Shown in pieces: positions 41,430 to 56,026 of a stretch of DNA of 64,000 nt. Positions within the stretch are counted from its first letter, which is position 1. The number at the start of each line of letters is the position of its first letter. A model generated the notes under the pieces. That model had not been told where the DNA came from. It saw only the letters and a program-made list of their open reading frames with translations, and did no database searches. The position numbers and the translations under genes were made by a program. This DNA comes from Octopus vulgaris. Taxonomy: Eukaryota. The DNA lies in assembly GCA_951406725.2 (NCBI GenBank), contig OX597832.1, forward strand, positions 7,688,001 to 7,752,000, read 5' to 3'.

Positions 41430-42150
41430 GTTTGCTTATTTCAGTTAATGGACTGCGGTTCTCCTGAGGCACACCCTGGAAGGGTATGGTCAAACAAATC
41501 GACCCCAGTATTCGTATTTTAAAATCTGACACTTATTCTATCGGTCTCTTTTACCGAGCTGCCAAGTTCGAGAGGTGCCAAAACCCATTGTGTAGTGGTA
41601 TGGCAGGAACAAACACGAAAACGTAGATATACACAAATACGGAATGGCAGCGCTGAGAAGTGATGTGTATAAATACAAAGTTACTACCAGTTTAGATCGG
41701 CTTGTGACATATTCGAACACATAACGACGTCATTCACTGTATTTTCTCATGAAGAAAATATCTGGCAGCACATAAATGATGTAAATACACCTAAAATCAG
41801 CTCGCGGCGCCACCTACCAGGCGTGTGAGATGCAAGCGTTTCAAAGTAGTTATATTATCTTCGGTAACAAAAACCGGACAGGGTGCGCTGCGAGCTGAAA
41901 AGAGAGGTTGTCTCTCCTTTGATATTCCAGTCATCGTACGCTAATCGGCGGCTCACCGTAGACAAATTGCAGGCTGGCAGTGTAAATATCATAAGGCAGA
42001 ATAAAAGACCAGCTCGCAGCGCACCCACTCAATTTTCGTCTACCAAATTCACTCTCAGTTTCGTAGATCTGGAGTTATAATAAGCGACCTTTGTCCAAGG
42101 TGACCCGCAATGAGTCTGAACTCGAAACCACGAGCTTCTTACCCTCTCAA
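41430..42150 (-). mobile_element. diverged SINE family A split by a solo LTR
   Basis: 3' part 41430-41650 (caaatcgaccccag, ttattctatcggtctc); 5' part 42023-42150 (cgtctaccaaattcactc...gtctgaactcgaaacca). Confidence 0.65.
41654..42018 (+). mobile_element. probable solo LTR
   Basis: TG...CA termini, gcgc duplicated on both sides (41650-41653, 42019-42022), AATAAA at 42000; it interrupts a SINE. Confidence 0.55.
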
Positions 42151-42394
42151 CTGTACATCCGTTTCATACCAAGCTGCTCCGCAGCAACATTAGGTGCCGT
42201 AAGCGTGTATGAATGCATATATGTATGTATGTATGTTTGTATGTATGTATGTATGTATGCATGTAGGCATGTATGTATGTGTGTACGTATGCATATATGT
42301 ATGTTTGTATGTGTGTCTGTATGTGTGTACGTATGTGTGCACGTATCCATGCTTATATATCAGAGTGCACGTATCCATACTTACATAACAGAGA

Positions 42395-42553
42395 CAATTG
42401 GTGGCTATGTGGTAAGAAACTTGTTTCCTAACCACGTGGTTTTGGGTTCATTCACTTTGCGTGGCACCTTAGGCAGCTATCTTCAAATGAATCCTCGGGC
42501 GGACCAAAGCGTTGTGAGTAGTTTTGGCTGATAGAAACTGAACGAAGCCTGTC

Positions 42554-42638
<85 letters not shown>

Positions 42639-42850
42639 TGTGTGTCTGTGTTTATCTCCCACCATCGCTTGACAATTGGTGTTGGTGTGTTTACGTATCC
42701 GTAACCTAATGGTTCAGCAAAAGGAAACCGATATACTATGTACCAGACTTAGCAAAAAAGTTAAGCACTAGAGTCGATTCATTCCACTTAAATTCTTGAA
42801 GGTGATGTCCTAGTATGGCTGCAATCTAATAACTGAGACAAGGAAAAGGT
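42395..42850 (+). mobile_element. SINE family A, diverged
   Basis: gtggctatgtggtaagaa...gaaactgaacgaagcctgtcg(TA)n(TG)n...atcgcttgacaa...actgagacaag. Confidence 0.8.
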
Positions 42851-43549
42851 AGAACAACTGGTAGAAATATAAATGAATATATGAAGATCGACAAATCAAA
42901 ATAATGTTAGTGGAGCCAAGGGTTATAACCATAATCAAAATAAAATACAATCGATCTCGTATTAGCGATTGAGATTACAAAATATATATAAAAAAATATA
43001 TATATGTACACGATCATTCGTGGGATTCAGCCTCCCATTTCACATCAATGTGGCAAGAAGTATACAGGCGAAAGAAAATTGCTATGCATTTTTGATAACC
43101 CGGTGAGCATAGTTTCCGCGTGGGCTTGCGACAGAAACTTCCTGACCATTAGACGTGTCCATTGCATAGCTGCAGTTGATTTAATTTACGTAAGAGCTTT
43201 TCCCAAAATACCTATTTAGCTGGAGACTCTGTGACATTAAGACTTGCACGTTTCAAGGGATATAAAATATTTGCAGTAAACTGAATTCTCTGTTAATGTT
43301 GAAATGTTGCAATAAGTGAACAGTTTACGTCAAAGTCCCTGATGTGCCTGACTGTAGAATGTAGAATATGATGTATGACCCACCAAAAATGGGTGTGTTG
43401 ATATTACCTGATGAAACAACAGTCATAAACTATGTCTTTAGTTTGACGATCCTTGAAACAATAGAATGATGAGTGATGTCTTTGCTCGTTACAAATTGCT
43501 TGTTTTCCCATGTAAAATAAGATGGGATCTGATAATCCTTCATCGTTTT

Positions 43550-43760
43550 TCTGTTTCAATCATTAGATTGCCGCCATGCTGGGGCACCGCCTTAGCGAAC
43601 GTTTAGCCGATGATTCAAGCCCCATTATTATTTTTTTTCTGCTTTAACTCTGGTATTTATCATATCGTTTTTTGTCGAACCACTAGGTTACAGGGACGTA
43701 AACGTACCAACACCGGTTGTCAAGCAGCGGTAGGTGACAAAAACGGACACAAAGCCACAC
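43550..43760 (-). mobile_element. SINE family A 3' fragment
   Basis: gccatgctggggcaccgcctt...gttacagggacgtaaac...ggttgtcaagc. Confidence 0.65.
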
Positions 43761-43879
43761 ATACATACATACATACATACATACATACATACATACATAC
43801 ATACATACATAAATACATACATACATACATGCATATCTCGACATTTCTGTCTGTATACACCATTCCGTTTACAGCACCA

Positions 43880-44650
43880 CCATCAACTACAAACACACAG
43901 ACTCAACCCTACCTTAAATTCTCCTCCTCCTACTCTACCCACACCAATATCTCCATATGCTACTCCCAATCTCTCCGCCTACCCAGTCTCAACACTGGAT
44001 CGCGAATTCACCGGACATGGATATCCCCTCACCCTTCTCCATACTGCCTTTGCCTGTGGGCCGTGCCTCTGCTTTTTCTCCTCGCACCCCTTACCTGTCT
44101 CCCGTTTCACTTCGCTCCACCATGCCCCTCTAACGCACCGTTCTCCAAGCCTTCCGGTGACTCCAGTCCGACCCCTCCACCTCGCACATCTTCCCTAACC
44201 ACTCTTCCATCCTTCAAACAAGCCCATAACCTGCATATCCTCCTAGTCTACAGTTTCTTTCCCACCTCTGCCTCCCAGCCTGGTTCCTTCTCCCACTCTC
44301 ACCCATGCTGTCGTACCTGCCCCAACCTCTCTAACACCACTATCTTCACTGACACCCATCACTGTCCCTATCACATCACCGACTCCTTTACCTGCACTTC
44401 CAGTAGATATTATTTGCTGCATCTTCTACTCAGTTTGTCCTTCACTGTATATTGGTCAAACGGGTCGCCGCTTGGATGACCGGTTCGCGGAGTACCTCAG
44501 AGACACTAGACTTGGCAATAACACCCAGTCATTCGCTACAACATCTATGTTCGGAATGTCTCTGCACAGGGTCCAGCCGGACTCTCGCCTTCGCCGTGAA
44601 TCGGAATTAATCTTTACCCTTCGTTCCTTTGCGCCATAAGGGCTCAACTC
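43880..44650 (+). pseudogene. Penelope-like retroelement RT C-terminus plus GIY-YIG endonuclease remnant
   Basis: YLKFSSSY...ISICYSQSLRL, FTGHGYP, HITDSFTCTS / IICCIFYSVCPSLYIGQTGRRLDDRFAEYLRD and RRESELIFTLRSFAP*GLN across frameshifts. Confidence 0.9.
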
Positions 44651-45668
44651 AGTACGTCTCTTCATCTGACACCAGCCCGTATATTCTTCCCCACAAACAT
44701 TCAACTGCTCCTCGCTCCACCTGTATGCCACCCACCGCAGTACCTTCACCTCATGCCCATCGCTGTACAGACTCCCATACATATTGTTCAACTCATTACT
44801 CATTTCTCACACCATTGCACACCCACATCCACACACGTTACCCTCATACATACACATACTCATCCCATATATACACACGTCCATACGCACGATCACACAC
44901 ACACACAAAAAAAATCTACAAAACAACGTGGGTTCGTTACTCAGTATTCACTGTTTAACCAATACACGTCAGACTAACACGGTCAACCAACACGGTCAAC
45001 CAACACGGTCGAATCTAGCACCGTTAAGTGCCCCTGCTGACAGTTCACTTACTTCTTATTTATTGTCACTACTCCAGATTTAATCACGTGGGGTACTCAG
45101 GATTCTCCCATAACATTTCATGACATCCGTTTTACTGCGTCAGAGCAAAAATTGCAGTATTTGAGCTCTTAGTATAACTCTTCCTTTCATCATGTATGAA
45201 TCGAGGGCGAACATTAACATTGGGAGGAGGAATGCAAAAAGTGATCAAACTTCTCTTCTAGTTACATGGTTATTGATTACATCGTACACATGCTTATAAA
45301 TGTCAGCTCTTACCTATTTTTGTGAATTCTAATTTAGAACAATCTCCCAGCTTGCATTTTAGTAAACAGGATTTACTGTGAAGACAACGTGTTTGATTTC
45401 GATATAGATGAGCGATTGAACTGTTTCGAATCACGAAACGAAAAACTTAGAAGTTATATGCCTGAGTCAGACTTTGAAAAATATGACTTCAATCGTAATA
45501 TGGATTTCAAATTTTGGCACTAGGTTAGGAAATTCGGGGAAGATGGTAAACCGATTAAATCGACCTCAGTGTTTAAATGGAACTTATCTTATCGACCCCG
45601 CACGGATGAAAGGCAAAGCCAATCTCATCGGCATCCAAACACGGAACGTAACGTCTGAAAAAATACCC

Positions 45669-45898
45669 ATTTCTTTATTACCCGCAAGGGGCAAAACACA
45701 GAGGGGACAAACAAGGACAGACATAGGTATTAAATCGATTACATCGACCCCAGTGCGTAACTGGTACTTAATTTATCGACCCCGAAAGGATGAAAGGCAA
45801 AGTCGACCTCGGCGGAATTTGAACTCACAACGTAACGGTAGACGAAATACCGCTAAGCATTTCGCCCGGCGTGCTAACGTTTCTGCCATCTCGCCGCC
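45669..45898 (-). mobile_element. SINE family B, full length
   Basis: Full match to the other B copies. Confidence 0.9.
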
Positions 45899-45949
45899 TC
45901 CGTTCCGCCTGTCATATTACAAAGAGATATTCTTTACTACTGTCATCAA

Positions 45950-46180
45950 ATAGCTTATTGCTACGAAGTGTAGGATCGCTGTCACATCTGATTTTGAAAG
46001 TGTTGCCTTTGCACTTCACTTCGGATTGATGTCTATTTTACTATCTGACAACATTCGCATTGCAATCCCATCTATTGAAATGGCGCGCGCAGTTTCTAGT
46101 ACAACTGTTGATTTTAGAAACCATAGTTTGAAATTCCAAGGTGAGTGTTGACACCAGTACATTCTTGTTCTGACCGAAGT
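45950..46180 (-). pseudogene. possible Helitron PIF1-like helicase fragment
   Basis: Minus-strand TARAISIDGIAMRMLSD loosely resembles ALAVASSGIAATLL; very degenerate. Confidence 0.25.
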
Positions 46181-46272
46181 GTTATATTTATGGGTCAGTT
46201 TTATGAATCAAGCCAGAATTTGCTATGATGTTTGCCTCAAAAGAAATTATTTACAGTATCATAAGACAGAGA

Positions 46273-46303
<31 letters not shown>

Positions 46304-46352
46304 ATGTATGTATATATGTATCTCTGTCTCTGTCTCTGTCTCTGTCTCTCTG

Positions 46353-46441
<89 letters not shown>

Positions 46442-46646
46442 ATGCTTAGTTGTAATTAAAATAATTTCACGATGTGACTCGATACTCTTGTAGAATACAA
46501 CTTTATTCTTAAACAAGAATATCGTTGACAATGTTTTTGAAATTACGGCCAGTTAAACCATCATCCGGTGAAGGCTTAACTGACCGTAACTCCAAATCAC
46601 TGTCGAAAGTATTCTAGTTTAAGAATAAACACACACAGACACACCA

Positions 46647-46715
<69 letters not shown>

Positions 46716-46831
46716 CACACACACGCACATGTATCGATGTATCTTCCCTGCCGACTATTCCACGGAGGGTTGTGTCCTCAGTTCCCTCTCCCATGGAATT
46801 AGAGAAAGATATGTATACATATATAATATAA

Positions 46832-47530
46832 TTTATTATTATTTAAATGAACGCTACGCATCCATTTCCAAGTGTGTTTATCTTTATCTTTTTCATGCAA
46901 CCCTGTACTGTTTTCCTCCTCCACTCTTCTCTAATTCCCTATCTCTCCCCTTCCCTCTTTTGCTGTTTTTTATATGTGTCTCTCACTTTCCCCCTGTTTC
47001 TCTATTTCTCTCTCTTCTTGCTCGCACGTGACCATCGTCCATCTTCAAAGGACTGGATATCTTTTACTCTCTCTTCCATTTTTTTCTCTTTTCAAAGAGA
47101 ATATTTCACCCAGCATTCATTATTTCCCTCTAGTTCTGGTCTAACGACCCTTCAGATTTGTTTTCGTTCGGTTTCCCTGTATGTCTCCTCTGTCCTGACT
47201 TTGTTCACAACTTTCACCCTCCATAAATGCTAAATTTTATTTTAGAATGTATGGGAGCAACTGTCTTTGAAGACTCATACTGTCATTGAATGCTGGAAAT
47301 GAGGAGTAAATAAACAGCTGACAACTGGTGAAGGGTCGTCTCTCTCTGTGTTTAATCATCCTGTTTTCCATTGTTTTCTCTCGCTGGTTATGTATTTAAC
47401 CCGTTTGTCTACGTATTTCATGTTGGTTACACAAGTGGTGACGTCCTGTACACATATATGCATATACATACATACATACACACACATACATACATACATA
47501 CATACATACATACATACATACATACATACA

Positions 47531-47564
<34 letters not shown>

Positions 47565-47648
47565 CATATTTACATACATACATATATACATATATATTAT
47601 GTATTATTATTATTATTTAATTGAACGCCACTCATCCATTTCCAAGTA
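46832..47648 (+). mobile_element. repeat unit of about 620 bp followed by microsatellite and a repeated head (PLE/retrozyme-like)
   Basis: Homologous to 52655-53318 (-) and 53610-54125 (+); head ttattatttaa.tgaacgc...catccatttccaagt recurs at about 47608-47648. Confidence 0.7.
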
Positions 47649-47729
47649 TATATATATGAGGAGACGGAGATAGTTAGATAGGCAGTTAAACCGGCATTAT
47701 TAGTGAAGTATATTTCGGACTAGAAGATG

Positions 47730-49535
47730 TAGACACGAAGAACATGGACGGCTGACGGATCACCAAGGTGTGAGAATGTTCACAGCATCAGATAAACGCA
47801 GTGCACACCTGGGAAGAATTAACTGAAGCAATGTTCCAAATACTATAGAACATGAACAACTGTATAGAATCCAGAAATGTATCTCCAAACTTTTTCTGCA
47901 AACCACTGATAGTGCAACGCAAATATTCCATTGAATAACACAAGAATAGCTTACCAAAGATAGAAAAAAAACCCATTTTGGTTACAAATGACTTTGAAAA
48001 CCATTCGTCTTGTGACAACAAAACACAAATGATTAAGGTTCATATTATCACAAATTATAAGAGCTCGACTGGAAAACAACATCACTTTTGCAAAATAAAA
48101 TCGTGGATGTAATGACCAAAATCCCCGAATTATGAACAAATTTTATCCATAACGAGGAAAAATAACGAACATACCAGAGTGAAATGGAAATCGATTTTAC
48201 AAGTCAAAAAGAGATTTTAAAATCAAATTCCAAACTCAGTAGCCAAGTAATATTCCAAAGGGTTTCAACCTCGCCAAGGAAATTGAATTTGAATCCTATA
48301 AGTAGTTATCAAACTCACAATGTAACAGTGATATAGTATAGGTGAGACATTCTGTCTATATAAGAAACTTTAAACTGAACCTACGTCTAGATACCAACTG
48401 GGAAAGGAAAAAACGATTATGTAATTTGTAAGGTATCTCGACATGTTTGAGGCCAGCGTAGCACATGAATCAAAAAGCTTTCTACTGTATACCGGTCACA
48501 AAACAGGGAGAAGTAAGCTGTGTTATTTTAAAGTGGAAATATAACTAGTAAACATGGTGAAATGAATATGATAAAGAAAACGAACATGATTGAAATCTAT
48601 GCCAGGTTTGAAAACTTTGTACACACTCCCAGCGAACAGGTATAATGGACATTGTATACATTTTAATGAAATACATTTTCAATTTACCAACAGTGAATCT
48701 CGCAACATAAATTGTACACAGACATCTCCTGATACCATAAAAAGTTTTCACAACAAATCAGAACCACGCCAATATAACAGGAGAAGAAACAAGAAAACGA
48801 AATATCTGAACAGAAAAAAGAAAGAAAGTAAATGAATGGAGAAACCGAAAACATTTAAGTGCAATAAAAGACAATACTGCGAAGACATCTGAAAAGCAAT
48901 TGTTTATTTGGAGTCAAGATAAAGTGTAAAACTACTGACGATACAGTATCAATAATATTAATAATAATACTTCTCTCTAACATAAGCACAGAGCTAAGAA
49001 ATTTTGTGTGGAGATATGATCGATTTAATCGATCCTAGTAGTTGACTGGTATTTAATTTTACACAAACCCAACCCTCAAGGATAAAAGTCAGGAAAAGCG
49101 ATTTCAATAGGGTTTGAAATCAGAAAGTAAAGGGAGGCAAATATATACCACACACACACAGACACATAGATATCTTTCTTTTTTGTTATACGTACAACAG
49201 AAAATCGGGAACAAAAACTGAAACTTAATGTAAAGAAATAAATTAGATATTGTGTAGGTTGGAACTTCAAGAACGTCGCATTGCCTACAGGATGTTGGAA
49301 GCAGACCAGATCTAACTATAAAAAAAGTTTAATCATTCGAGAAGAGCTTAAACTATGAAAGCCACTAACATTTAGAATTGCTTCCAATACAAAGAGTAAA
49401 TACAGACGATAAACACGTTCGGAATGTTTGTGTTGATATATAAAGTTTCAATATTGTATATTTGGAAGGTTGAATGAGGTACTAAGATCGGATGATAAAA
49501 GAAAGAAGCTGTAAACTCAGTGAAAGGTATACCCG
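47730..49535 (+). pseudogene. very degenerate R4/Dong-like LINE reverse transcriptase fragments
   Basis: LRFILSQIIRARLENNITFAK*NRGC (like ...LE.NNILP.EQKGC), VIFQRVSTSP...LNPIS (like GIFQGDSLSP...LNPLS), LEADQI and INTF. Confidence 0.5.
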
Positions 49536-49727
49536 CCCCGAGGACTCCTGAGGAGAAACATCTTCATTCGACATTTCTTCACCTCACCGCTCCGCTCCTT
49601 TTATGTTTGTCTTTGTCTGTCTCTACCTCTCTCACTCTCTCTTTACACACATGCACACACACACATACACACGCACACACACACACACACAAATACCTAC
49701 ATCCATCAATACACACACACAAACGTG

Positions 49728-49818
<91 letters not shown>

Positions 49819-49913
49819 ATATATTACATGTATGCAGGAAAATACAAACACACACTTCGCTATCCTCTCCTTCATCCATCCATCCATCCATCCATCCATC
49901 CATCCATCCATCC

Positions 49914-49974
<61 letters not shown>

Positions 49975-49984
49975 CCTTTTTTTT

Positions 49985-50062
49985 TAAACCTTCAAAAGAA
50001 AAGCTCTACCTTGTAATTTGTTCTATCTGTGTGCAGCCCTGTGTGGCTAATAAAGAAACATA
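49985..50062 (+). mobile_element. LINE-like 3' tail fragment in (TATC)n (second copy about 51890-52012)
   Basis: aaagaaaagctctac.ttgtaat.tgt.ct.tctgtgtgcagccct.tgtggctaataaagaaacatat is present in both copies. Confidence 0.65.
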
Positions 50063-50123
50063 TCTACCTATCTACCTACCTACCTACCTACATACATACA
50101 TACATACATACCTACCTACCTCC

Positions 50124-50198
<75 letters not shown>

Positions 50199-50456
50199 AC
50201 TATCTATCTGTCTGTCTGTCTGCCTATCTTTGTATATATACTTGTGTGTGTCTGTGTATGTATAAAATATAAGTGAAACCATGTTGTAGACAAACAAGGA
50301 TATATAAACACCAATAAAAACAACACTGATAAAAACAACACTAAGTTCTCCTGGAAATGAGAATACTCACAGAAACGAAGAACGGATTATTAAAATTCCT
50401 TTGATCCAGACATTACCACACATTAGAAGCATTCACAATAAGAAAACAGTAAGATT

Positions 50457-50490
<34 letters not shown>

Positions 50491-50610
50491 ATTATTCCCC
50501 CCACACAAACACAGACACACAGAGACACACACACACACAGGCACACACACACACACACGCATATAAATCTACTTGTGAATTCGTTTATGTATGTGTGTGT
50601 GTGTGTGTGT

Positions 50611-51140
50611 GTTCGTCTGGTGCAAAATTAATGTCGGATTGTATTATCTTAAACTTTGATATTTTGAAATATACTGTTATTTAACAATGTTCATGTAATG
50701 CAGCATTTTGAAACGCAGAGTTTGGCTTATTGATTAACGATAACTGCTTTGATTTCACTGCTTATTCTAGTGTATTTGTCGCTGTCAAATTAAAGGTGAA
50801 AAGTAAGCAAATTCTAAAGACTTTAGTGTACGTGTTCAAGGTGGAGCGAAAATCAGCGAAAACTGTTTACATGGGAGCACGACGGCATCAGCGAACGTAC
50901 AGCTCAATACTTGTTTTAAGAAATTTCGTAGTTGTTACATCAGCTTTGAAGATGTGGAATATTATGGATGACCTTATTATTCATGACAACAACGGTTTCT
51001 TATATGTCATTAGTGAAGCGGAGCCCAGCAAAACAGCTCGAATATTTGTACATCGTGAATGTTCAACTGGTGTTTGACAATTTCAACATATTCCAACATG
51101 TCCTGAAAAGTTTTCAACAAATAAATGGCATACCTGCTAA
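50611..51140 (+). mobile_element. mariner 5' fragment (Hsmar1/cecropia-like TIR)
   Basis: ttcgtctggtgcaaaattaatgtcgg resembles TTAGGTTGGTGCAAAAGTAATTGCGG; KQILKTLVYVFKVERKSAKT and EAEPSKTAR resemble the HTH region. Confidence 0.65.
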
Positions 51141-51357
51141 ACGCCTTTGTCGTAAAACAAGGAAGAATTCATTTTTGGTGCAGGGGAAAAGCCTTGCAAT
51201 TTTATTTTCTCGCTCTTTCCATTCGGAATTCTAATCCTGCCAAGATCAACTGTACCCATCATCTCTCCGGGGATGTTGATACAAATTGCCAGTCTCGTGC
51301 TGGGGTCGGTATATTCAACTAAACTTATTTCGTTAAAACTGCTGGCCTTGTGTTTGC

Positions 51358-51440
<83 letters not shown>

Positions 51441-51713
51441 AACAAGTAAGTTGGGGGTTATGGATCCAATCCACTAAGGGATAATATTTATCCAATATAC
51501 TGTTGGTATAATACCCAAATTCTTAATACACAAATGTTTTTAACTGCCATGCAATTAACTTCTATTAAATGGGTGAAGGTAAAGAAATATTTTACCATTA
51601 ATTTATAATACAAATAAGAAAATGGAGAAACAAAATGAATAAGTCAACATTCTAATATCCGAAAGCTGATGAACCAACTAAATTGTTTCCCCATTTTCCC
51701 ATTTTCTTATTTG

Positions 51714-51814
<101 letters not shown>

Positions 51815-52007
51815 TTTTCCTTTTTTTCTTCTTTTTTCTTTTTCTTTTCTTTTGTTTCTTTTCCTTTTTTCTTTTTTCTTCTTTCCCTTTTACGATCCCT
51901 CTTGATCGAAAACCTACCCCACCTTTCTTTTCCTTTTTCCCCCAAAAAGAAAAGCTCTACTTTGTAATCTGTCCTGTCTGTGTGCAGCCCTATGTGGCTA
52001 ATAAAGA

Positions 52008-52081
<74 letters not shown>

Positions 52082-52084
52082 GTA

Positions 52085-52120
<36 letters not shown>

Positions 52121-52130
52121 TGTATGTATG

Positions 52131-52195
<65 letters not shown>

Positions 52196-52593
52196 AATGG
52201 ACTCTCCCGTCGAAGACAAAGTAGGTGTGTTAAGCTTTTGCCGAAAGACCTGCGCAAATGGTTTGTTTATAGTGATCAAATGTTCGTGCTGCACATTATC
52301 TCACTCACTCCATCAAATTGACGTTGTCTGAACAGGTGCACTATGTACCACGTGCCAGGTGTCGAAGTGATCGACATCTCTCTCTCTCTATCTGTTTGTG
52401 TGTATGTATATATCTTTATATAATATAGCACACAGACAGACAGACACACACACACATATGATGTATAATTCTATACATATTAGGTAAAACTGCAACATGG
52501 CTTCGTTTTTTTATTTCCTTTCTGATTTTGTAGTTTACTTTGTACATTGTGCTACTGATCTGGCCTTACATAACAAATCTCTTTAATATGTAT

Positions 52594-52654
<61 letters not shown>

Positions 52655-53459
52655 CTTACTTGGAAATGGATCAGTGGCGTTCAATTAAATAATAATGATA
52701 TATATATGCAAATATGAGTAAAGAACGAGAGAAAAATGGAAAATAGGTCAAGTAAACACAGAGAGACGACCTTTCATCAGTTGTCAGCTGTCTATCTACT
52801 CCTCATTTCGAACGACAGTACGAGTCTTCAAAGTCATTAGCTCCCATACGTTTTAAAATAAAATTTGAGGTTTATGGAGGGTCAAAGTTGGGAACCAAAA
52901 AATGACAGTGGTGATTTACAGGAAAACCGAACGAAAACAAACCTGGATAGTCGTTAGACCAGAGCGAGAGGGAAATAGTGAAAATTGGGAGAAATATTCT
53001 CTTTGAAAAGAGAAAAGATAGAAGAGAGAGAGAAAAAAAGTCCATTCCTTTGAACGCATTTGCAGGAAATGAAAGATGGTCACGTGAGGAAAGGAAAGTT
53101 GGACGATGGTCACGTGTTAGCAACGAGAGAGAGAAAAAGGGAAAGCAGGGAGGGTGACAGAGATAGCTAGGAAATGGTGAAAGAGGAAGGGAGAGAAAAA
53201 GGGAATTAGAGAAGGATGGAGGAAGAAAATAGTATTGAATAGAGTCACATGTAAAAGGTAAAGATAAACTAACAAATGGATGCGTGGTGTTCAGTTAAAT
53301 AGTAATAATAAATTATATATATATATATATATAATATTTTCTTTCGCCCTTACTTATAAATTGTTTATACATTTAACCTTTAAAGGTATTTTTTAATATG
53401 CTGGCCATTGATAGAATTTTTATCGAAAAATTCTATCCTATATAATATGTTTATATATA

Positions 53460-53519
<60 letters not shown>

Positions 53520-54125
53520 TATATGTGTACATCATATTACTAACTGTATAAACAACATGAAATACGTAGACAAACGAGTTAAATACATAAACAACGATAC
53601 TCTATACCGTTTGTTTCCTCCAACCTTCTCTAATTCTGTTTTTCAGCCTTACCCCTTTCAACGCCTTTTATCTGTCTTTTTTTCTCACCCTTCTTCTCTT
53701 TTTTCTCTCTCGTTACTCACACGTGACCATCTGTCCTTTCCTGCACAGACGTTCAAAGGACTGGACATTTTTCCTCTCTCTTCTATCTTTTCGCTTTTTA
53801 AAGAATATCTTTCTCCCAGCTTTTACTATTTTCCTCTCTTTCTGGTCTAACGACCCTACATGTTTATTTTCGTTCGGTTTCTTTGTATGTCGCCACAGAC
53901 CTATTTTTGTTCTCAAAATTTAACCCTCTATAAATGCTAAATTTTATTTTAGAATTTATGAGCAACTGTCTTTGAAGACTCAAACTGTTGTTGAATGCTC
54001 GATATGAGGAGTAGAAAGACAGCCTACAATTGATGAAGGGTCGTTCCTCTGTGTTTAACTGTCCTGTTTTTCATTTTATATGTACGTATTCATGTTGCTT
54101 ACACAGTTGGTGACGTCCTGTATCC
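52655..54125. mobile_element. divergently oriented pair of the 46832-family repeat around (TA)n
   Basis: Minus copy 52655-53318, inverted tail piece 53525-53597, plus copy 53610-54125. Confidence 0.75.
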
Positions 54126-54130
54126 ATATA

Positions 54131-54166
<36 letters not shown>

Positions 54167-54173
54167 TACACAC

Positions 54174-54232
<59 letters not shown>

Positions 54233-54364
54233 AATATAGATGTATACAGATACATATATACATACAGAAAGGGAGAGAGAGAGAGATTGGGGCAAATTTG
54301 GGGATAAACAATTATTATATATATTATATATAAAAGTTTTGGTTTGAAATACAATATATACATG

Positions 54365-54446
<82 letters not shown>

Positions 54447-54448
<2 letters not shown>

Positions 54449-54643
54449 TAATCCAAACATGAAAGCACAAAAAACACAAAAACGCGAGGACGTAGAACAA
54501 ATATAGTATTATTAGACGCCCAGGAAAGAAGGAAAGAAGGAGGGTTTAACACTTCGAGCGGAGCTCTTCGTTGGAAACATAGGAGAAGGAAAGATTCAGA
54601 GAAGGGAAGACAGAGGAAAAAAATCGCCAACGGTACACATCGG
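54447..54643 (-). mobile_element. PLE-like LTR remnant with degenerate hammerhead-like motif
   Basis: Minus strand CCAACGA-A-gagc-tcc-gctc-GAAG-tg-TT; similar to 9925-10138. Confidence 0.5.
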
Positions 54644-55425
54644 TATATATGTGTGTGTGTATGTGTGTGTGTGTGTATATACGTACAAAAGGGGAGAAAG
54701 CAAAGTGTTGAGATATTTAGACGAAATAGTTTTTGTATAAATGCATATATATTTATATGAATAGGTTCAACTTACACCGAGGACAAACATCAGAGAAGTT
54801 TAAGAAAATGTGGCCGTAAAGGAAGCAATCAAAGATTGAGTAAATCGAGTGTCCGTTTTCAGGGAAGAAAAGATCTTACATTTCACATCATAATGCAGAG
54901 AAGCTAAAAAATGGATCTCATTTGTTGGCTACATATGAATGTGTGTGTGTATGTTCTTTTCTCTGTGTGTGTGTGTGTATGTGTGCCGGTACGTGGGAGC
55001 TTGTGCGTGCGTGTGTATGTGTATATCTTGCGCGTACAGTCATATGTATAACTAATTCTGAATTCGCCAAAGCTCAAAAATCCAGTTGGTTTATTACTAT
55101 TCCGTCCGATTCCATTAAACAATTTAATAGACCACTGTCGGTAGTAACGTTACTCTTTATGATATACATAGTTTACTTAGCAAGAAAAGTAGATAAACAG
55201 TGGTAGAAATGCTTTGTTCCAACGTGGATTTCATCATTGCACCTATTTGGAATTCAACAGTGGATGCTGAATGTCTAAATTCCATGCATTTGTGTAGGTC
55301 TGCAATAACTTGAATGCATTCAATTGTGTAGGTCAATAACTTGAATGCATTTGGATGTCTAACTTCAATGGAACATCAAGGGAGCACTTCATTGCATTCT
55401 CTTATAGAGATCGACTGTTTATCTC

Positions 55426-56026
55426 GTGGAGGCACATGGCCTAGTGGTTAGAGCAGCGGACTTGCGGTCGAGGGATTGCATGTTCGAATCTCGGGCGATG
55501 TGTGTGTTTATGAGCGAAACACCTAAGCTCCACGCGGCTCCGGCAGAAGGTAATGGCGAACTTCTTCTGACTCTTCGCCACAACTTTCTCTCACTCTTTC
55601 CTCCTGCATCTTGCAACCCACTTGCGACGGACCGGCATCCCGTCCAGGTGGGGAACCTATACGTCAAGGAAACAGGGAAACCGACCCTTATGAGCTAGGC
55701 ATTGCTCGAGAAGGAACATTTATGGAGGTACATGGTCTAGTGGTTAGAGCAGCGGACTCGCGGTCGAGGGATAGCGCGTTTGAATCTCAGACCGGGCGAT
55801 GTGTGTGTTTATGAGCGAAACACCTAAGCTCCACGCGGCTCCGGCAGAAGGTAATAGCGAACTTTTGATGACTCTTTCGCCACAACTTTCTCTCACTCTT
55901 TCCTCTTGCATCTTGCAGCCCACCTGCGACGGACCGGCATTCCGTCCAGGTGGGGAACTTATACGCCAAGGAAAGAGGGAAGTCGGCCCTTACGAGCCAG
56001 GCATGGCTCGAGAAGAAACAAACAAA
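55426..56026 (+). mobile_element. head-to-tail dimer of tRNA-derived SINE family C with one 10-bp TSD
   Basis: Units about 55426-55718 and 55722-56026; head tggcctagtggttagagc...gttcgaatc; actgtttatc at 55414-55423 and 56027-56036. Confidence 0.9.

Noticed and set aside
55426-55500. tRNA gene
   Set aside because: tRNA-like head continues into a SINE body; no complete cloverleaf or acceptor stem.
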